Assembly (NCBI GenBank): GCA_963761645.1
Contig: CAVXIG010000010.1
Location: 81,266 to 145,265 of the forward strand
From: an uncultured Acidobacteriota bacterium
GTDB taxonomy: Bacteria > Acidobacteriota > Thermoanaerobaculia > Multivoradales > UBA5704
Reading direction: 5' to 3'
DNA: 64,000 bases
Shown here: piece after piece, positions 31,483 to 41,747 of the stretch
Layout: each line of letters opens with the position of its first letter
Position numbering within the stretch: position 1 is the stretch's first letter
Translations under genes and position numbers: made by a program
Notes under the pieces: model-generated
Seen by the model: the letters and a program-made list of their open reading frames with translations, nothing else
Told to the model about the DNA's origin: nothing
The model's database searches: none

Positions 31483-32550
31483 TTGGCCGTGGTTCACTCT
31501 AGCAGAGTCGAGGTGCAGGAGGTGGTGGGGTTGGATGTCGGGGATCGTTCGAGCCAGATCTGTCGGTTGGATCGTCAGACCGGGACCGTCCTTGAGGAGA
31601 GGCGGTTGTCGACGACGACGGCGAGCGTCCAGTGTTATTTCGGAGCTCTGGCGCCTCAGTTGATCGCGCTGGAGAGCGGGACCCACAGCCTGTGGCTGAC
31701 GCGGTTGCTGAAATCTTTGGGTCACGAGGTGATTGTGGCCAATCCGAGCAAGGTCCGGGCGATCTCGTCGAGCCTGCAGAAGACCGACGAGCGCGACGCA
31801 CGGTGCCTGGCGCAATTGGTCCGGGTGGACCCGCAGTTGCTGTCGCCGGTGCATCCGCGCAGCGAGGAATCTCAGCAAGCGATCGCGGTCGTACGGGCTC
31901 GGGAGGGCCTGGTCAAGGCACGGACGATGTTGATCAATCAGATCCGCGGGATGGTGAAGTCGTTCGGCTTCCGTCTGCCGGCGGTCTCCTCGGCGGGGTT
32001 TGCCCGCAAAATTCAGAAAGAAGAGACCCTGCCCTGCTCGCTGAAGACGACGCTGGAGCCGTTACTGCGGGTGATCGCCGAAGTGAGTCAGGAGATCGCC
32101 CGCTTCGACAAAGAGGTCGAGGCCTTGGCCCGACGCTGGCCGGTGACCCAGCGGCTGCGCCAGATCAAGGGGGTGGGAGCGCTGACAGCTCTGGTGTTCG
32201 TGCTGACGTTGGGGGATCCCTACCGCTTCGCCTGCTCACGGGCCGTGGGAGCGTATCTGGGCTTGGTCCCGGGCAATCGCAGCTCGGGCCAGTCGACTCC
32301 GCAAATGCCGATTACCCGACAAGGGGACCGCATGTTAAGACGGCTGCTGGTGCAAGCCTCTCACTACGTCTTGGGACCGTTTGGGCAAGACAGCGACCTG
32401 CGACGATTTGGGCTACGACTGGCTGAGCGCGGGGGCAAGAGCGGTAAGAAACGAGCCGTGGTGGCCGTGGCTCGCAAGCTGGCGGTGGTGCTGCACTGTC
32501 TCTGGGTCAGCGAAACGGACTACCTGCCTCTGCGCGCAACGGCAGCCTAG
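31483..32550 (+). CDS. IS110 family transposase/recombinase
   Basis: 355 aa intact; N-terminal VVGLDVGDRSS (RuvC-like DEDD) and C-terminal ...KGVGALTALVFVLTLGDPYRF...YLGLVPGNRSSGQS... Tnp domain; AAAGGAGG Shine-Dalgarno. Confidence 0.9.
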   Translation: MAVVHSSRVEVQEVVGLDVGDRSSQICRLDRQTGTVLEERRLSTTTASVQCYFGALAPQLIALESGTHSLWLTRLLKSLGHEVIVANPSKVRAISSSLQKTDERDARCLAQLVRVDPQLLSPVHPRSEESQQAIAVVRAREGLVKARTMLINQIRGMVKSFGFRLPAVSSAGFARKIQKEETLPCSLKTTLEPLLRVIAEVSQEIARFDKEVEALARRWPVTQRLRQIKGVGALTALVFVLTLGDPYRFACSRAVGAYLGLVPGNRSSGQSTPQMPITRQGDRMLRRLLVQASHYVLGPFGQDSDLRRFGLRLAERGGKSGKKRAVVAVARKLAVVLHCLWVSETDYLPLRATAA

Positions 32551-32993
32551 AAGAACCAGGCAGGGACGAAAGACAACGAGCAGGTAGGAGAAACGTCCGA
32601 AGAATCGGAGTTGGAGTCTCAACCCCCGTTGTCGGCGACTGCGTTGTGACGTCTTGGCCTTCGAGGCCGACGTAGAGAGTGCAGCGCCGCGGCGGTGGAA
32701 CCCCATAATGCACCGAGCCCAATGGCGGCTCCTTGAGAGTGCGGATGGAAGACTCGGGGACTGATCCAACTCTGGTCTATAAGGAAGGCCGCCATGGCGG
32801 CCTTGCAATTTGGGGCCTTCTCATGGAAGACGTCCCAGACGATGTGCGCTGATCTTTCAAGGCCAACGCCGGCGGGTCGTCTCCGCGGCGGCGATGCCGG
32901 CCTGATCCTCACCGACCCTGGACGTCGCGAATTCCGACGAGGCCCCCCCTCCCCTACGCAGCGGCAGGCACGCCGTGAAGTAAGATCCAGACG

Positions 32994-34412
32994 ATGACCG
33001 GCACGGAATCACTGTGGGGACTGATTCTCCTCATCTGCCATGCCGCCGGCTTCCTCTGCGCCGTCCACGCCCTGATGTCGGTGCGGACCCCCCAGGGCAC
33101 CATGGCCTGGGGGGTCGCCCTGCTCGCGTTCCCCTACTTCGCGGTGCCCGCCTACTTCGTGCTCGGACGGTCGAAGTTCCACGGCTACAAGGTCGCCCGG
33201 CAGGTTCTGGAGGCGAGCTCGGAGGAGAGAGCCGCCAGGGCCGTGCGGCCGTTCGTCGTTCAGCCGGAGGATCACGGCCCCCTGCTCGCCGCCGTCGCGC
33301 TGGCCACGATCCCCTTTCTGAAAGGCAACGAGGTCGAGCTGCTGGTGGACGGCCGGGCCACCTTCGACGACATTTTCGCCGGCATCGAAGAGGCTCAGGG
33401 CTATGTGCTCGTGCAGTTCTTCATCGTGCATGACGACGAGCTCGGGCGGGAGCTGAAATCGCTCCTGCTCCGCAAGGCCGCCGCCGGAGTCAGGGTCTAC
33501 TTCCTGTTCGACGAGTTCGGCAGCCACGCCCTGCCGCGGGCCTATCTGCGCGAGCTTCGCGACGGCGGGGTCGCGGCCCGTCCGTTCCACACCACCCGCG
33601 GCCCCGGCAACCGGTTCCAGCTCAACTTCCGCAACCATCGCAAGGTGGTCGTCGTCGACGGCCGCACCGGCTGGATCGGCGGGCACAACGTGGGGAACGA
33701 GTACCTGGGCCTGAGCCCGCGCCTCGGCCCCTGGCGGGACACGCACGTCCGCGTCACCGGCCCCGCGGTGCTCGGCATGCAGAAGTCCTTCTATGACGAC
33801 TGGCGCTGGGCGACGGGTGAAAAGCTGCAGCTCGACTGGCTCGCCCAGCCTTCCGCCCGGGGGGACGTGCCGGCGCTGATCCTGGCCTCGGGGCCGGCCG
33901 ACCCGCTCGAGACCGCGAGCCTGATGTTCCAGGACGTGATCCACTCGGCGCGCCGGAGGCTCTGGATCACCAGCCCCTACTTCGTCCCCGACCCGGCCGT
34001 GGTCGGCGCGCTCCACCTGGCGGCGCTGCGCGGGGTCGAGGTGCGTATCCTGATTCCCAACGATCCCGACCACCTGCTGGTCTATCTGTCGGCGTTCGCC
34101 TTCGTCGGCGAGATGATCGACGCCGGCATCGAGATCTACCGCTACCAGGCGGGCTTTCTGCACCAGAAAGTCTTTCTGATCGACGACGCGGTGGCCGGCG
34201 TCGGCACCGCGAACCTCGACAACCGCTCCTTCCGGCTCAATTTCGAGATCACCGCGATCTTCGCCGACCGCGACGTCGCCGCGCGGGTGGAGCGCATGCT
34301 CGCGGCGGACTTCGCCCGGGCGCGCCGGATGACCCGCGAGGAGCTGCGGAAGAAGCCGTTCTGGTTCAAGGCGGCCGCCCGCGCCGCCACTCTCGCCGCG
34401 CCGATCCAGTAA
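32994..34412 (+). CDS. cls: cardiolipin synthase (PLD superfamily, two HKD motifs)
   Basis: 472 aa intact; two N-terminal TM helices; HRKVVVVDG and HQKVFLIDD HKD motifs. Confidence 0.85.
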   Translation: MTGTESLWGLILLICHAAGFLCAVHALMSVRTPQGTMAWGVALLAFPYFAVPAYFVLGRSKFHGYKVARQVLEASSEERAARAVRPFVVQPEDHGPLLAAVALATIPFLKGNEVELLVDGRATFDDIFAGIEEAQGYVLVQFFIVHDDELGRELKSLLLRKAAAGVRVYFLFDEFGSHALPRAYLRELRDGGVAARPFHTTRGPGNRFQLNFRNHRKVVVVDGRTGWIGGHNVGNEYLGLSPRLGPWRDTHVRVTGPAVLGMQKSFYDDWRWATGEKLQLDWLAQPSARGDVPALILASGPADPLETASLMFQDVIHSARRRLWITSPYFVPDPAVVGALHLAALRGVEVRILIPNDPDHLLVYLSAFAFVGEMIDAGIEIYRYQAGFLHQKVFLIDDAVAGVGTANLDNRSFRLNFEITAIFADRDVAARVERMLAADFARARRMTREELRKKPFWFKAAARAATLAAPIQ

Positions 34413-34434
34413 ACGAAGCGACTGGACGGAGCCG

Positions 34435-34700
34435 GTGGGCAGCCGCCGCCCAGTGCGGGGGGAGGAGCCTTGCCGTGATGGGCAGCCGTCGCCCAGTGCG
34501 GGGGAAGGATCGTGCCGTGGTGGGCAGCCGTCGCCCAGCGGGGGGAAAGGGTCGGGCCGTGGTGGGCGGCGGCTGCCCAGCTGGGGGAGAAGGTTTCCCC
34601 CTGGTGGGCGGCGGCTGCCCACCGGGGCAAGGGACGTCCCCCGCGTTGGGCGGCGATCGCCCACCGGCGCGAGGGCCTTGCCGGGACCGGGGGGCTCGGC
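34435..34700. repeat. 42-bp tandem repeat array (about 6 units) with 15-bp GC-rich core gggcagccgccgccc, present in both orientations
   Basis: Units 1-3 carry gggcagccg(c/t)cgcccag; units 4-6 carry the reverse complement gggcggcggctgccca; inter-core segments are mutually similar, so this is not CRISPR. Confidence 0.65.
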
Positions 34701-34705
34701 CCCCT

Positions 34706-35050
34706 CTACTCCGCCGGTCTCCTCTTCAGGGGGCGGGGCACGCCCCGGCGGGGCTTGAGGCCGAACTCGGTCAGCTTCTCGCCGGAGTCTCCGTAACGGC
34801 TCCGGATTCCGATCCGCACCAGGACGGCGATCTCGCGCCCTCTCTCCTTGGCGGTATCCAGGTCCCGGGTCACCTGCTGCTTTCTGGCGTTGAGGGCATC
34901 CTGCTCGCCGCCGAGCGCCTTGATCCTGTCGACGAGCTCCTGGAGCTCCACCCGGTCCTCCTCGAGATGGCTGAGATCCCCCGGGTTGGCCTCCCACGCG
35001 GCGAGGAGCTGCTCCCACCGGGCCAGGGTCATGGCGACGGATTCCTTGGA
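34706..35050 (-). CDS. hypothetical protein (coiled-coil-like)
   Basis: ORF 34706..35107; probable start MSKESVAMTLARWEQLLAAWEANPGDLSHLEEDRVELQELVDRIKALGGEQDAL... Confidence 0.35.
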   Translation of the reverse strand, partial: SKESVAMTLARWEQLLAAWEANPGDLSHLEEDRVELQELVDRIKALGGEQDALNARKQQVTRDLDTAKERGREIAVLVRIGIRSRYGDSGEKLTEFGLKPRRGVPRPLKRRPAE

Positions 35051-35359
35051 CATGAAGACCTCCGGAAAGTTGCCCGAATCATGGCCGCGCGCCCCGGAGG
35101 CTGTCAACGGGAGGACGATCCGCCGCCTTGCTCTACTGGGTCAAATTGCCTTGGCTGAGGCGCTGAGCCCTCATCACCCCGGCCCTCTTCTCCCGTCCCC
35201 TCCCCCCTCCCTCCCCGGGAGAAGAGGGAGAAAGCAAACCCGTCTCCTGAAGCCCCCTCTCTCCCGGCGGTTGGGGGGGAGGCTGGGAGAGAGGGGTTGG
35301 GGAGTGAGGGATAGCCCCGAAGGGCGATACTCTCCGAGCCGGTGCTGTAGGCTGGTGGC

Positions 35360-36712
35360 ATGAGCCCCGAAGCCCTGGGAGTCGATCCGCCGGGCGAGAG
35401 CCGCCCCTGGTCGACGATCCTCGCCTTGCGCCGGGATCCGCTGCGCTACCTGGAGCGGATCGCCGCCCGCTACGGCGACATCGCGCATCTGCGGGTCGGC
35501 CCCTACCGGCTGGTCTACGTCAATCACCCCGACCTCGTCCACGAGGTGCTGGTCGCCAAGGACGCGAGCTTCATCAAGGGGCGGGCGCTCGACCAGGCGA
35601 AGGAAGTCTTCGGCAAGGGGCTGCTGACCAGCGAGGGGGAGCTCCACAAGCGGCAGCGGCGGCTGATCCAGCCGGCGTTCCACCGGCGGCGGGTGGAGGC
35701 CTACGCCGAGGCCATGGCCGCCGATGCCGCTGCGGCGGCGGCGCGGTGGCGGGACGGCGAAACCCTGGACATCGCGCGGGAGATGATGAGCCTGACGCTG
35801 CGGATCGTGGCGCGATCCCTGTTCAGCGTCGACGTCGAGGAGGAGTCGGCGCGCGAGGTGGGGCGCGCGCTCGACGGGCTGATCGCCGCCTTCAGCCTGG
35901 TGGCCATTCCCTTCGGTGGACTCCTGCGGAAGATCCCGACCCCCTCGGAGCGGCGGGCCCGACAGGGGCGCGCGACTCTCGACGCCTTGATCTACGGCCT
36001 GATCGACGAGCGGCGGCAGGCCGGCGCGGAGAACGCCGGCGAGGATCTCCTCTCCCTGCTCCTCGCCGCCCGGGACGAGGACGGGGGCCTGATGGACGCC
36101 GCCCAGGTGCGCGACGAGGCCCTGACCCTCTTCCTCGCCGGCCACGAGACCACGGCGAACGCCCTGGCCTGGACGTGGTATCTCCTTGCCCTTCATCCCG
36201 AGGCCGAGGCGCGCTTCCACGCCGAGCTCGATACCGTCCTTGGGGACCGCCTCCCCGGCGCCCAGGACCTGCCGGACCTCCCGTATACACGCCAGATCTT
36301 CGCCGAATCGATGCGCCTCTATCCGCCGGCCTGGGCGGTCTCCCGGCGGTCGATCGAGCCGGTCACGATCGGTGGCTATCCGGTCTCCGCCGGCACCGGG
36401 GTCCTCGCCTCCCAGTGGGTCGCCCACCGCGATCCGCGCTTTTTTCCGGATCCTCTCGCCTTCCGCCCGGAGCGCTGGACGGAGGAGCTCGAGGCCGGGC
36501 TGCCGAAGCTCGCCTATTTCCCGTTCGGCGGCGGCCCCAGGCTCTGCATCGGCATGGGCTTCGCGAAGATGGAGGGGGTGCTGCTGCTGGCCACGATCGG
36601 CCGCCGGTGGCGGATGCGGCTCGTCCCCGGCCAACGGATCGAGCCCCACCCCCGCATCACCCTGCGGCCGAAGAATGGCGTGCGGGTGACGCTGAGCCAC
36701 CGGAACCCGTAG
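35360..36712 (+). CDS. cytochrome P450
   Basis: 450 aa intact; AGHETT I-helix motif, ExxR, FGGGPRLCIG heme-thiolate loop. Confidence 0.85.
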   Translation: MSPEALGVDPPGESRPWSTILALRRDPLRYLERIAARYGDIAHLRVGPYRLVYVNHPDLVHEVLVAKDASFIKGRALDQAKEVFGKGLLTSEGELHKRQRRLIQPAFHRRRVEAYAEAMAADAAAAAARWRDGETLDIAREMMSLTLRIVARSLFSVDVEEESAREVGRALDGLIAAFSLVAIPFGGLLRKIPTPSERRARQGRATLDALIYGLIDERRQAGAENAGEDLLSLLLAARDEDGGLMDAAQVRDEALTLFLAGHETTANALAWTWYLLALHPEAEARFHAELDTVLGDRLPGAQDLPDLPYTRQIFAESMRLYPPAWAVSRRSIEPVTIGGYPVSAGTGVLASQWVAHRDPRFFPDPLAFRPERWTEELEAGLPKLAYFPFGGGPRLCIGMGFAKMEGVLLLATIGRRWRMRLVPGQRIEPHPRITLRPKNGVRVTLSHRNP

Positions 36713-36716
36713 GGGC

Positions 36717-37459
36717 CTACGACCGCGGAAGATCCATCGGCGAGTACCGGATCACCGACCTCGCCGTCGGCCGCAAGAGCATCGTCTCCACGTCCGTGGC
36801 CGGGAGCGCGGCATTCAGGGCGGCATGGTGCTCGCGATCGCGATAGGCCGAGAAGACCACGAGGAGGTCGGCCTCCTGATAGACCGGCAGCCTCGGATAG
36901 TCGTTGGGCGCCAGCTCCGCGACAAAGTGGCCGAGGACCTGGGCCCCCTGCTCGACGAGCGCCGGCCGCAGGCGCCGCTCGAAGTCTCGACCCGACGATC
37001 CAGTCCGCCCGGCCGGCTCCGGTGGAAATCGACGGCGACGAGCCCGGTGTGCGGCGGCAGGGCACCGGCCGGTTCCGCCGCCCGATCCTCCAGCGAGAGG
37101 CCGCCGGTCAGGTCCGCGATGGGCGCGAGGGGCCGGAGCAGGTGCACGTTGTGGAATTCGAGCATCATGCCATTGGCCGTGGGACCGTGGGCTTTCCAGG
37201 CCGGCCCGCCGTAGAAGCCGCCGAGCCCGCGCCGGCGGGTCTCCATGCTCTCGAAGGCGCGGATCCAGACGAAGCGGTCCGGCTCCCCCACCACCGCGAA
37301 CTGCCCGAGAACGGACATCCCTTCTTCCCTTTGCGAGAAGAGGAAGTTTTCCTCGAAGAACCGGATGAAGTCGCCGGTGGCCCCTTCCTCGAGAAGATAG
37401 TTCCGCAGCTCGATGATTCGCATCGCCAGGAGTCTGGCCCCGGGCGGGGGGGCCCGCAA
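36717..37459 (-). CDS. NIPSNAP family protein, two-domain (frameshift around 37000)
   Basis: MRIIELRNYLLEEGATGDFIRFFEENFLFSQREEGMSVLGQFAVVGEPDRFVWIRAFESMETRRRG... then second domain in another frame ...PVYQEADLLVVFSAYRDREHHAALNAALPATDVETMLLRPTARSV... Confidence 0.6.
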
Positions 37460-37466
37460 TGACCAG

Positions 37467-37898
37467 TCAAGCCGATTCCGGTATGACCACTCCGCGGGAA
37501 GGCGGCGGCTCGGGCCGCGTATACACGCAGGCCCAGGCGATAAGGACCGCCTGCAGGGGGAGCCGGGCCCACAACGCCGCGGCGGGGATCTCCGGGTAGA
37601 GCTCCGGATGGACCGCCATGTGGAGGTTGGCGGGAAACACCGCGACCAGCAGCGCGATCAATCCCCACGCCGCCCACCGCGTGCAGAGCGGCACCAACAG
37701 CAGCAGCCCCAGCGCGATCTCGCAGACGCCGCTCACTTCAACCAGGAAGAGGTGCCATGGGAGATACGGCGGCATGATCTTCGAGATACGGTGCCGGGTT
37801 CAGAAAGTGATTCACGCCGGCCAGCACGTAGAACGCCGCCATCAGGTATTTCAACCCTCGCCTGAGCCTTCGCATCAGCTCCCCGGCAGCACGCATCT
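37467..37898 (-). CDS. DoxX-like family membrane protein (frameshift around 37785)
   Basis: N-terminal MRAAGELMRRLRRGLKYLMAAFYVLAGVNHFLNPAPYL in one frame, continuing ...IMPPYLPWHLFLVEVSGVCEIALGLLLLVP...LIALLVAVFPANLHMAV... in ORF 37467..37775. Confidence 0.55.
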
Positions 37899-38084
37899 CA
37901 CCTCCGCGCAGGGATCACCCAGAACCGGGCATGAAGTTTTCTAAACCTCTGAATGGTCTCCATAGCCCCCCTTGCAAACTCAAGCCGTTCTAGGGCGAAG
38001 AAGTTTCGGGACCGATTTTACGTCTTATCCAGGTAGGAATCGAAGACTCCGGAGGAGCTCGAGGAGATCGTCGGAGAAAAACGT

Positions 38085-38427
38085 ATTGTCGACGTATATA
38101 CGCCATGGTAGACTCTCAGCCGGTGATGTCGTCCATGAACGGAACGGCATCCGCTTCACCTGGGACCGGGAAAAGGGGGAGTCCAATCTCCGGAAGCATG
38201 GGGTCTCGATCGAGACGGCCTGCGAGGTCTTCTCGGACCCGCTCATCCGCCTGCACCGCTCCGAGATGCTGGGCGGCGAGGAGCGCGAGACGGCGATGGG
38301 ACTGACGGAGGGCTGGCGCCTGCTGGTGGTCGTCTACACCTTCCGGAAGGAAGCGATCCGGATCATTTCGGCCCGCCCGGCCACCTGGGGAGAAAGGAAC
38401 GCCTATGAAGGCTCAGCAACTCCGTGA
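38085..38427 (+). CDS. brnT: BrnT toxin (DUF497 RNase)
   Basis: ...NGIRFTWDREKGESNLRKHGVSIETACEVFSDPLIRLHRSEMLGGEERETAMGLTEGWRLLVVVYTFRKEAIRIISARPAT...; start uncertain (a possible ATG at 38122 lies in an adjacent frame, suggesting an N-terminal indel). Confidence 0.65.
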
Positions 38428-38692
38428 GCGGCTCCAGAAGGACCGCCCCATGTCGACGATCAGCATCCGGATGCCCGAGGATGTGGTGGAGGATCTCAAG
38501 CGCGTCGCCCCCGTCCTGGGCTTCATGGGATATCAGCCTCTCATCCGCGCCTACATCGGGCAGGGATTGCGGCAGGATCTCGAGCGGCTGGACCGGAATC
38601 CCGGGCTGGAACGGCTGGTCGAGAGCCTGCGGCGCCAAGGGGTCGACGAGGAGGTCATCAGCTCGGCGATGGCGGAGATGAAGTCCACCTGA
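38405..38692 (+). CDS. brnA: BrnA antitoxin (RHH/CopG-like)
   Basis: MKAQQLRERLQKDRPMSTISIRMPEDVVEDLKRVAPVLGFMGYQPLIRAYIGQGLRQDLERL...; overlaps BrnT 3-prime end by 23 nt. Confidence 0.7.
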   Translation: MKAQQLRERLQKDRPMSTISIRMPEDVVEDLKRVAPVLGFMGYQPLIRAYIGQGLRQDLERLDRNPGLERLVESLRRQGVDEEVISSAMAEMKST

Positions 38693-38711
38693 AGCCCACC
38701 TGAAGAGAGAG

Positions 38712-39759
38712 TCAGCCCACTTTCACCGCCGACTGCTGGCCATTCCCCGGGGCGGTCATGAACTTGATCGGCTTCCGCGGCTTGAGGCCGGCTTCGCGCT
38801 GCCAGCCGGCCATCTCCTCGAAGGACCAGGTGCCGGCCTCGCTGGTGAGGGCGAAGTAGAGGTCGAGGAGGGCGCCGATCTGGCCGGCTTCGTGGGGTGA
38901 GCTCGCGCGGTAGAGCTCCTGGATGACGAAGACCCCGCCGGGGCGCAGGGCTCTCGCGATCCGCTTCGCCAGGGCGCGGTTGGTGGCGTCGTCGAAGTGG
39001 TGGACGAGGTTGGCGACCAGGATCACGTCCCAGGCTTCGGTGCCGAGATCCGTCGGTGAGGGCGTCGCCGGCGCGGTAGGTGATCCGGTCCCCCATCCCC
39101 TCGCTGGCGAGGAGAGGAGCGGCGTGCTCCACCGCCGCGGGCAGGTCGAGGATCACCGAGCGCAGGCCGGGGTGCCGGCGGCAGAGGGCCACCGACAGGA
39201 GGCCGTGCGAGCCGCCGATGTCCAGCATGTCCTTCGCCCGCTTCGGCACCGGGGTCCGCCGCGCCAGCTCCGGCACCCAGGTCACGGCCGTGGCGCGCAT
39301 CCCCCGCTGGTAGATCCCCCACTCTTCCGGGGTGAGCGTGCCGTGGAGATCCAGGGGCTTGCCGGTGCGCACGAAGTCCCCGATGTGCTCGAGGAAGTTC
39401 CACTCGAGGAACTGCAGGAGCATCTTGTCGCCGAGCGGCTGCGCGGCGTCCCCGAGCATCCACTTGCGGGCCACCGGCGCCAGGGAGTAGCGGCCCGCGT
39501 CGTAGCGCAGGTACTCGCAGCCGGCCAGCGCGCCGAGGAGCTTGCCCATGGACCGCGGCTGGCCGCCGCAGCGCGCCGCGACCTCCGCGGCGGTGAGGGG
39601 CCCGTCCTTCAAGGTCTCGAAGACGCCGAGGCGCGCCCCTTCCATCACCGTCCGCGCCAGCAGCATGGCGATGTGCGTGTCGAGCAGCGGCTGCGGCAGC
39701 AGGCCGAGCAGGCCTGCGATGTGCTCGATGGGGTTCTGCCCGATCCCTCCCAGCTTCAT
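38712..39759 (-). CDS. SAM-dependent O-methyltransferase (family 2, with N-terminal dimerisation domain; frameshift around 39050)
   Basis: ...LGVFETLKDGPLTAAEVAARCG... (winged-helix dimerisation), LDIGGSHGLLSVALCRRHPGLRSVILDLP (motif I); C-terminal part in ORF 38712..39026 ...VILVANLVHHFDDATNRALAKRIARALRPGGVFVIQE... Confidence 0.75.
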
Positions 39760-39848
39760 AGGAATCCCTCCCGGCGAGGAGGGATCGTATCAGCCGCGGA
39801 TCAGCCGGGACATCCCAAGTCCGGCGTTTCTGCTACGCTCCCGCGGCC

Positions 39849-40892
39849 ATGAAAATCCTGGTCACCGGACACACTGGATACATCGGCAGCGTCATGGTGC
39901 CGCTGCTGCAGGCGGCGGGGCATGAGGTGGTGGGGCTCGACAGCGACTGGTTCGAGCCCTGCCTGCTGGAAGGGCGGCCCGTGGACCGGGCGGTCCCCTC
40001 GCTGCGGAAGGACCTGCGCGACGTCGAGCGCGAGGACCTCGAAGGGTTCGCGGCGGTGATCCATCTCGCCGGGCTCTCCAACGATCCGCTGGGGAACGTC
40101 GACTCCTCGCTGACCTACGAGATCAACGACGCCGCCTCGATCCGCTTCGCCCGGCTCGCCAAGGAGGCCGGGGTCGAGCGCTTCCTCTTCTCCTCCTCGT
40201 GCAGCACCTATGGCGCCGCCGGCGACGACTTCCTGGACGAGAACGCCGCGTTCAATCCCGTCACCCCGTACGGCGTCTCCAAGGTGCGGCTCGAGCAGCA
40301 GCTCAGCGGACTGGCGGACGACCGCTTCACCCCCACCTATCTGAGAAACGCCACCGCCTACGGCGTCTCCCCCCGCCTGCGGGTGGACCTGGTGCTCAAC
40401 AACCTGGTGGGCTACGCGGTGACGACCGGGCGCATCCACCTGATGAGCGACGGCACCCCCTGGCGGCCGATCGTCCATATCGAGGACATCAGCCGCGCCT
40501 TCCTCGCCGTGCTGGACGCCCCCCGCGAGCTGGTGCACGACCAGGCGTTCAACGTCGGCCGCACGGCGGAGAACTACCGCATCCGCGAGCTGGCGGAGAT
40601 CGTGGCCGAGACGGTGCCCGGCTGCGCGATCACCTACGCCGACGACGCCGGCCCGGACAAGCGCTGCTACCGCGTGGACTGCGAGAAGATCCAGCGCGTC
40701 CTCCCCGCCTTCCAGCCCCGCTGGGACGCCCGCCTGGGAGCTCGCGAGCTCTATGACGCCTACCGCGAGGCGGGCCTCACCGCCGGGGAGTTCCTCGGCT
40801 CCCGCTTCATCCGCCTGAAGCGGATCCAGGAGCTCCAGAGCGAGGGGCGGCTGGACGAGGCGCTGCGGTGGCGGGCGCCGGTCACTGTTTAG
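39849..40892 (+). CDS. NAD-dependent epimerase/dehydratase (SDR family)
   Basis: 347 aa intact; MKILVTGHTGYIGS Rossmann motif; YGVSK catalytic YxxxK. Confidence 0.85.
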   Translation: MKILVTGHTGYIGSVMVPLLQAAGHEVVGLDSDWFEPCLLEGRPVDRAVPSLRKDLRDVEREDLEGFAAVIHLAGLSNDPLGNVDSSLTYEINDAASIRFARLAKEAGVERFLFSSSCSTYGAAGDDFLDENAAFNPVTPYGVSKVRLEQQLSGLADDRFTPTYLRNATAYGVSPRLRVDLVLNNLVGYAVTTGRIHLMSDGTPWRPIVHIEDISRAFLAVLDAPRELVHDQAFNVGRTAENYRIRELAEIVAETVPGCAITYADDAGPDKRCYRVDCEKIQRVLPAFQPRWDARLGARELYDAYREAGLTAGEFLGSRFIRLKRIQELQSEGRLDEALRWRAPVTV

Positions 40893-41575
40893 ACCGCAGG
40901 CTCCAGCACCCGCACCACCCAGGTCCCCTTGCGGTTGGTGATCGCGGTCTCCTCCAGGAGCCGGCAGGTCTCCAGCAGGCGCCGGACGATGACGTCCGCC
41001 CGGCGCGAGCGGAAGGTCGAGACGATGAAGACGCCCCCGGCTTCCAGGAACCGCTCGTAGCGGCGGACCGTCCCCACGGGATCGTTGAAGTAGTAGACGC
41101 ACTCGTTGAAGACGATGGCGTCCCAGCGCCCTGGCGGGGTGTAGGACTCGGCGTCGGCGGCGGCGAAGGCGGTCTTCGCGTCCGCCCGGCCGGCGGCCTG
41201 GCGGATGGCGGCCTCGGAGAGGTCGACGCCGAGGTAGCGGGAGCAGCCGAGGGGGCGGAGATGGTCGGCGAGCAGTCCCTCGCCGCTCCCCACGTCGAGC
41301 ACGGAGCCGCCGGCCCTGAGGTGGTGGAGATAGCCGGCGATCACGCTGTAGCGGGCGAGCTCGTCGAGCCCCCGCATGAACTCCCACCCCCCCTCGCGGT
41401 ACTGCTCCTCCCAGACCGCCTTGGACGCCGGCGCGTCCCCCCGGCCGGTGGCCGCCTCGAAGGCATGGACCCGCGCCGCGAGCCGCTCCGCGAACGGGAA
41501 CCGGCGCCCGAAAAGGAACTTGTAATAAACAATGTAGACCGGCTTGAAGGCCCGGCGGCCGAAACGTCCCATCAT
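40889..41575 (-). CDS. class I SAM-dependent methyltransferase
   Basis: ORF 40889..41656; VLDVGSGEGLLADHL motif I; probable start MMGRFGRR... Confidence 0.7.
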   Translation of the reverse strand: MMGRFGRRAFKPVYIVYYKFLFGRRFPFAERLAARVHAFEAATGRGDAPASKAVWEEQYREGGWEFMRGLDELARYSVIAGYLHHLRAGGSVLDVGSGEGLLADHLRPLGCSRYLGVDLSEAAIRQAAGRADAKTAFAAADAESYTPPGRWDAIVFNECVYYFNDPVGTVRRYERFLEAGGVFIVSTFRSRRADVIVRRLLETCRLLEETAITNRKGTWVVRVLEPAV

Positions 41576-41747
41576 CGGGCGCCATCCTAACGCGAGACCG
41601 GGATCTCCATGGCTCTGGCATGTTTTACAGAGAAAGTTGCACATTCCATGTTGCAATCCCAGCTTGATGCTCGTAGCATCGATCCGTTCAAGGGAAGTCC
41701 TGGTTCAACAGAATTTGCGTAGAAGGTCGTAGAAGGAGGCCCGCCGC

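Larger units (their letters stand above)
31150..32620 (+). mobile_element. IS110-family insertion sequence (boundaries approximate; this family lacks terminal inverted repeats)
   Basis: Single transposase gene with DEDD N-terminal and Ser C-terminal domains; non-coding 5-prime flank of about 300 bp typical for the family. Confidence 0.5.

Noticed and set aside
34435-34700. Possible CRISPR array
   Set aside because: Units are contiguous 42-mers whose non-core parts resemble each other. There are no unique spacers and no cas genes. I classify it as a tandem repeat.
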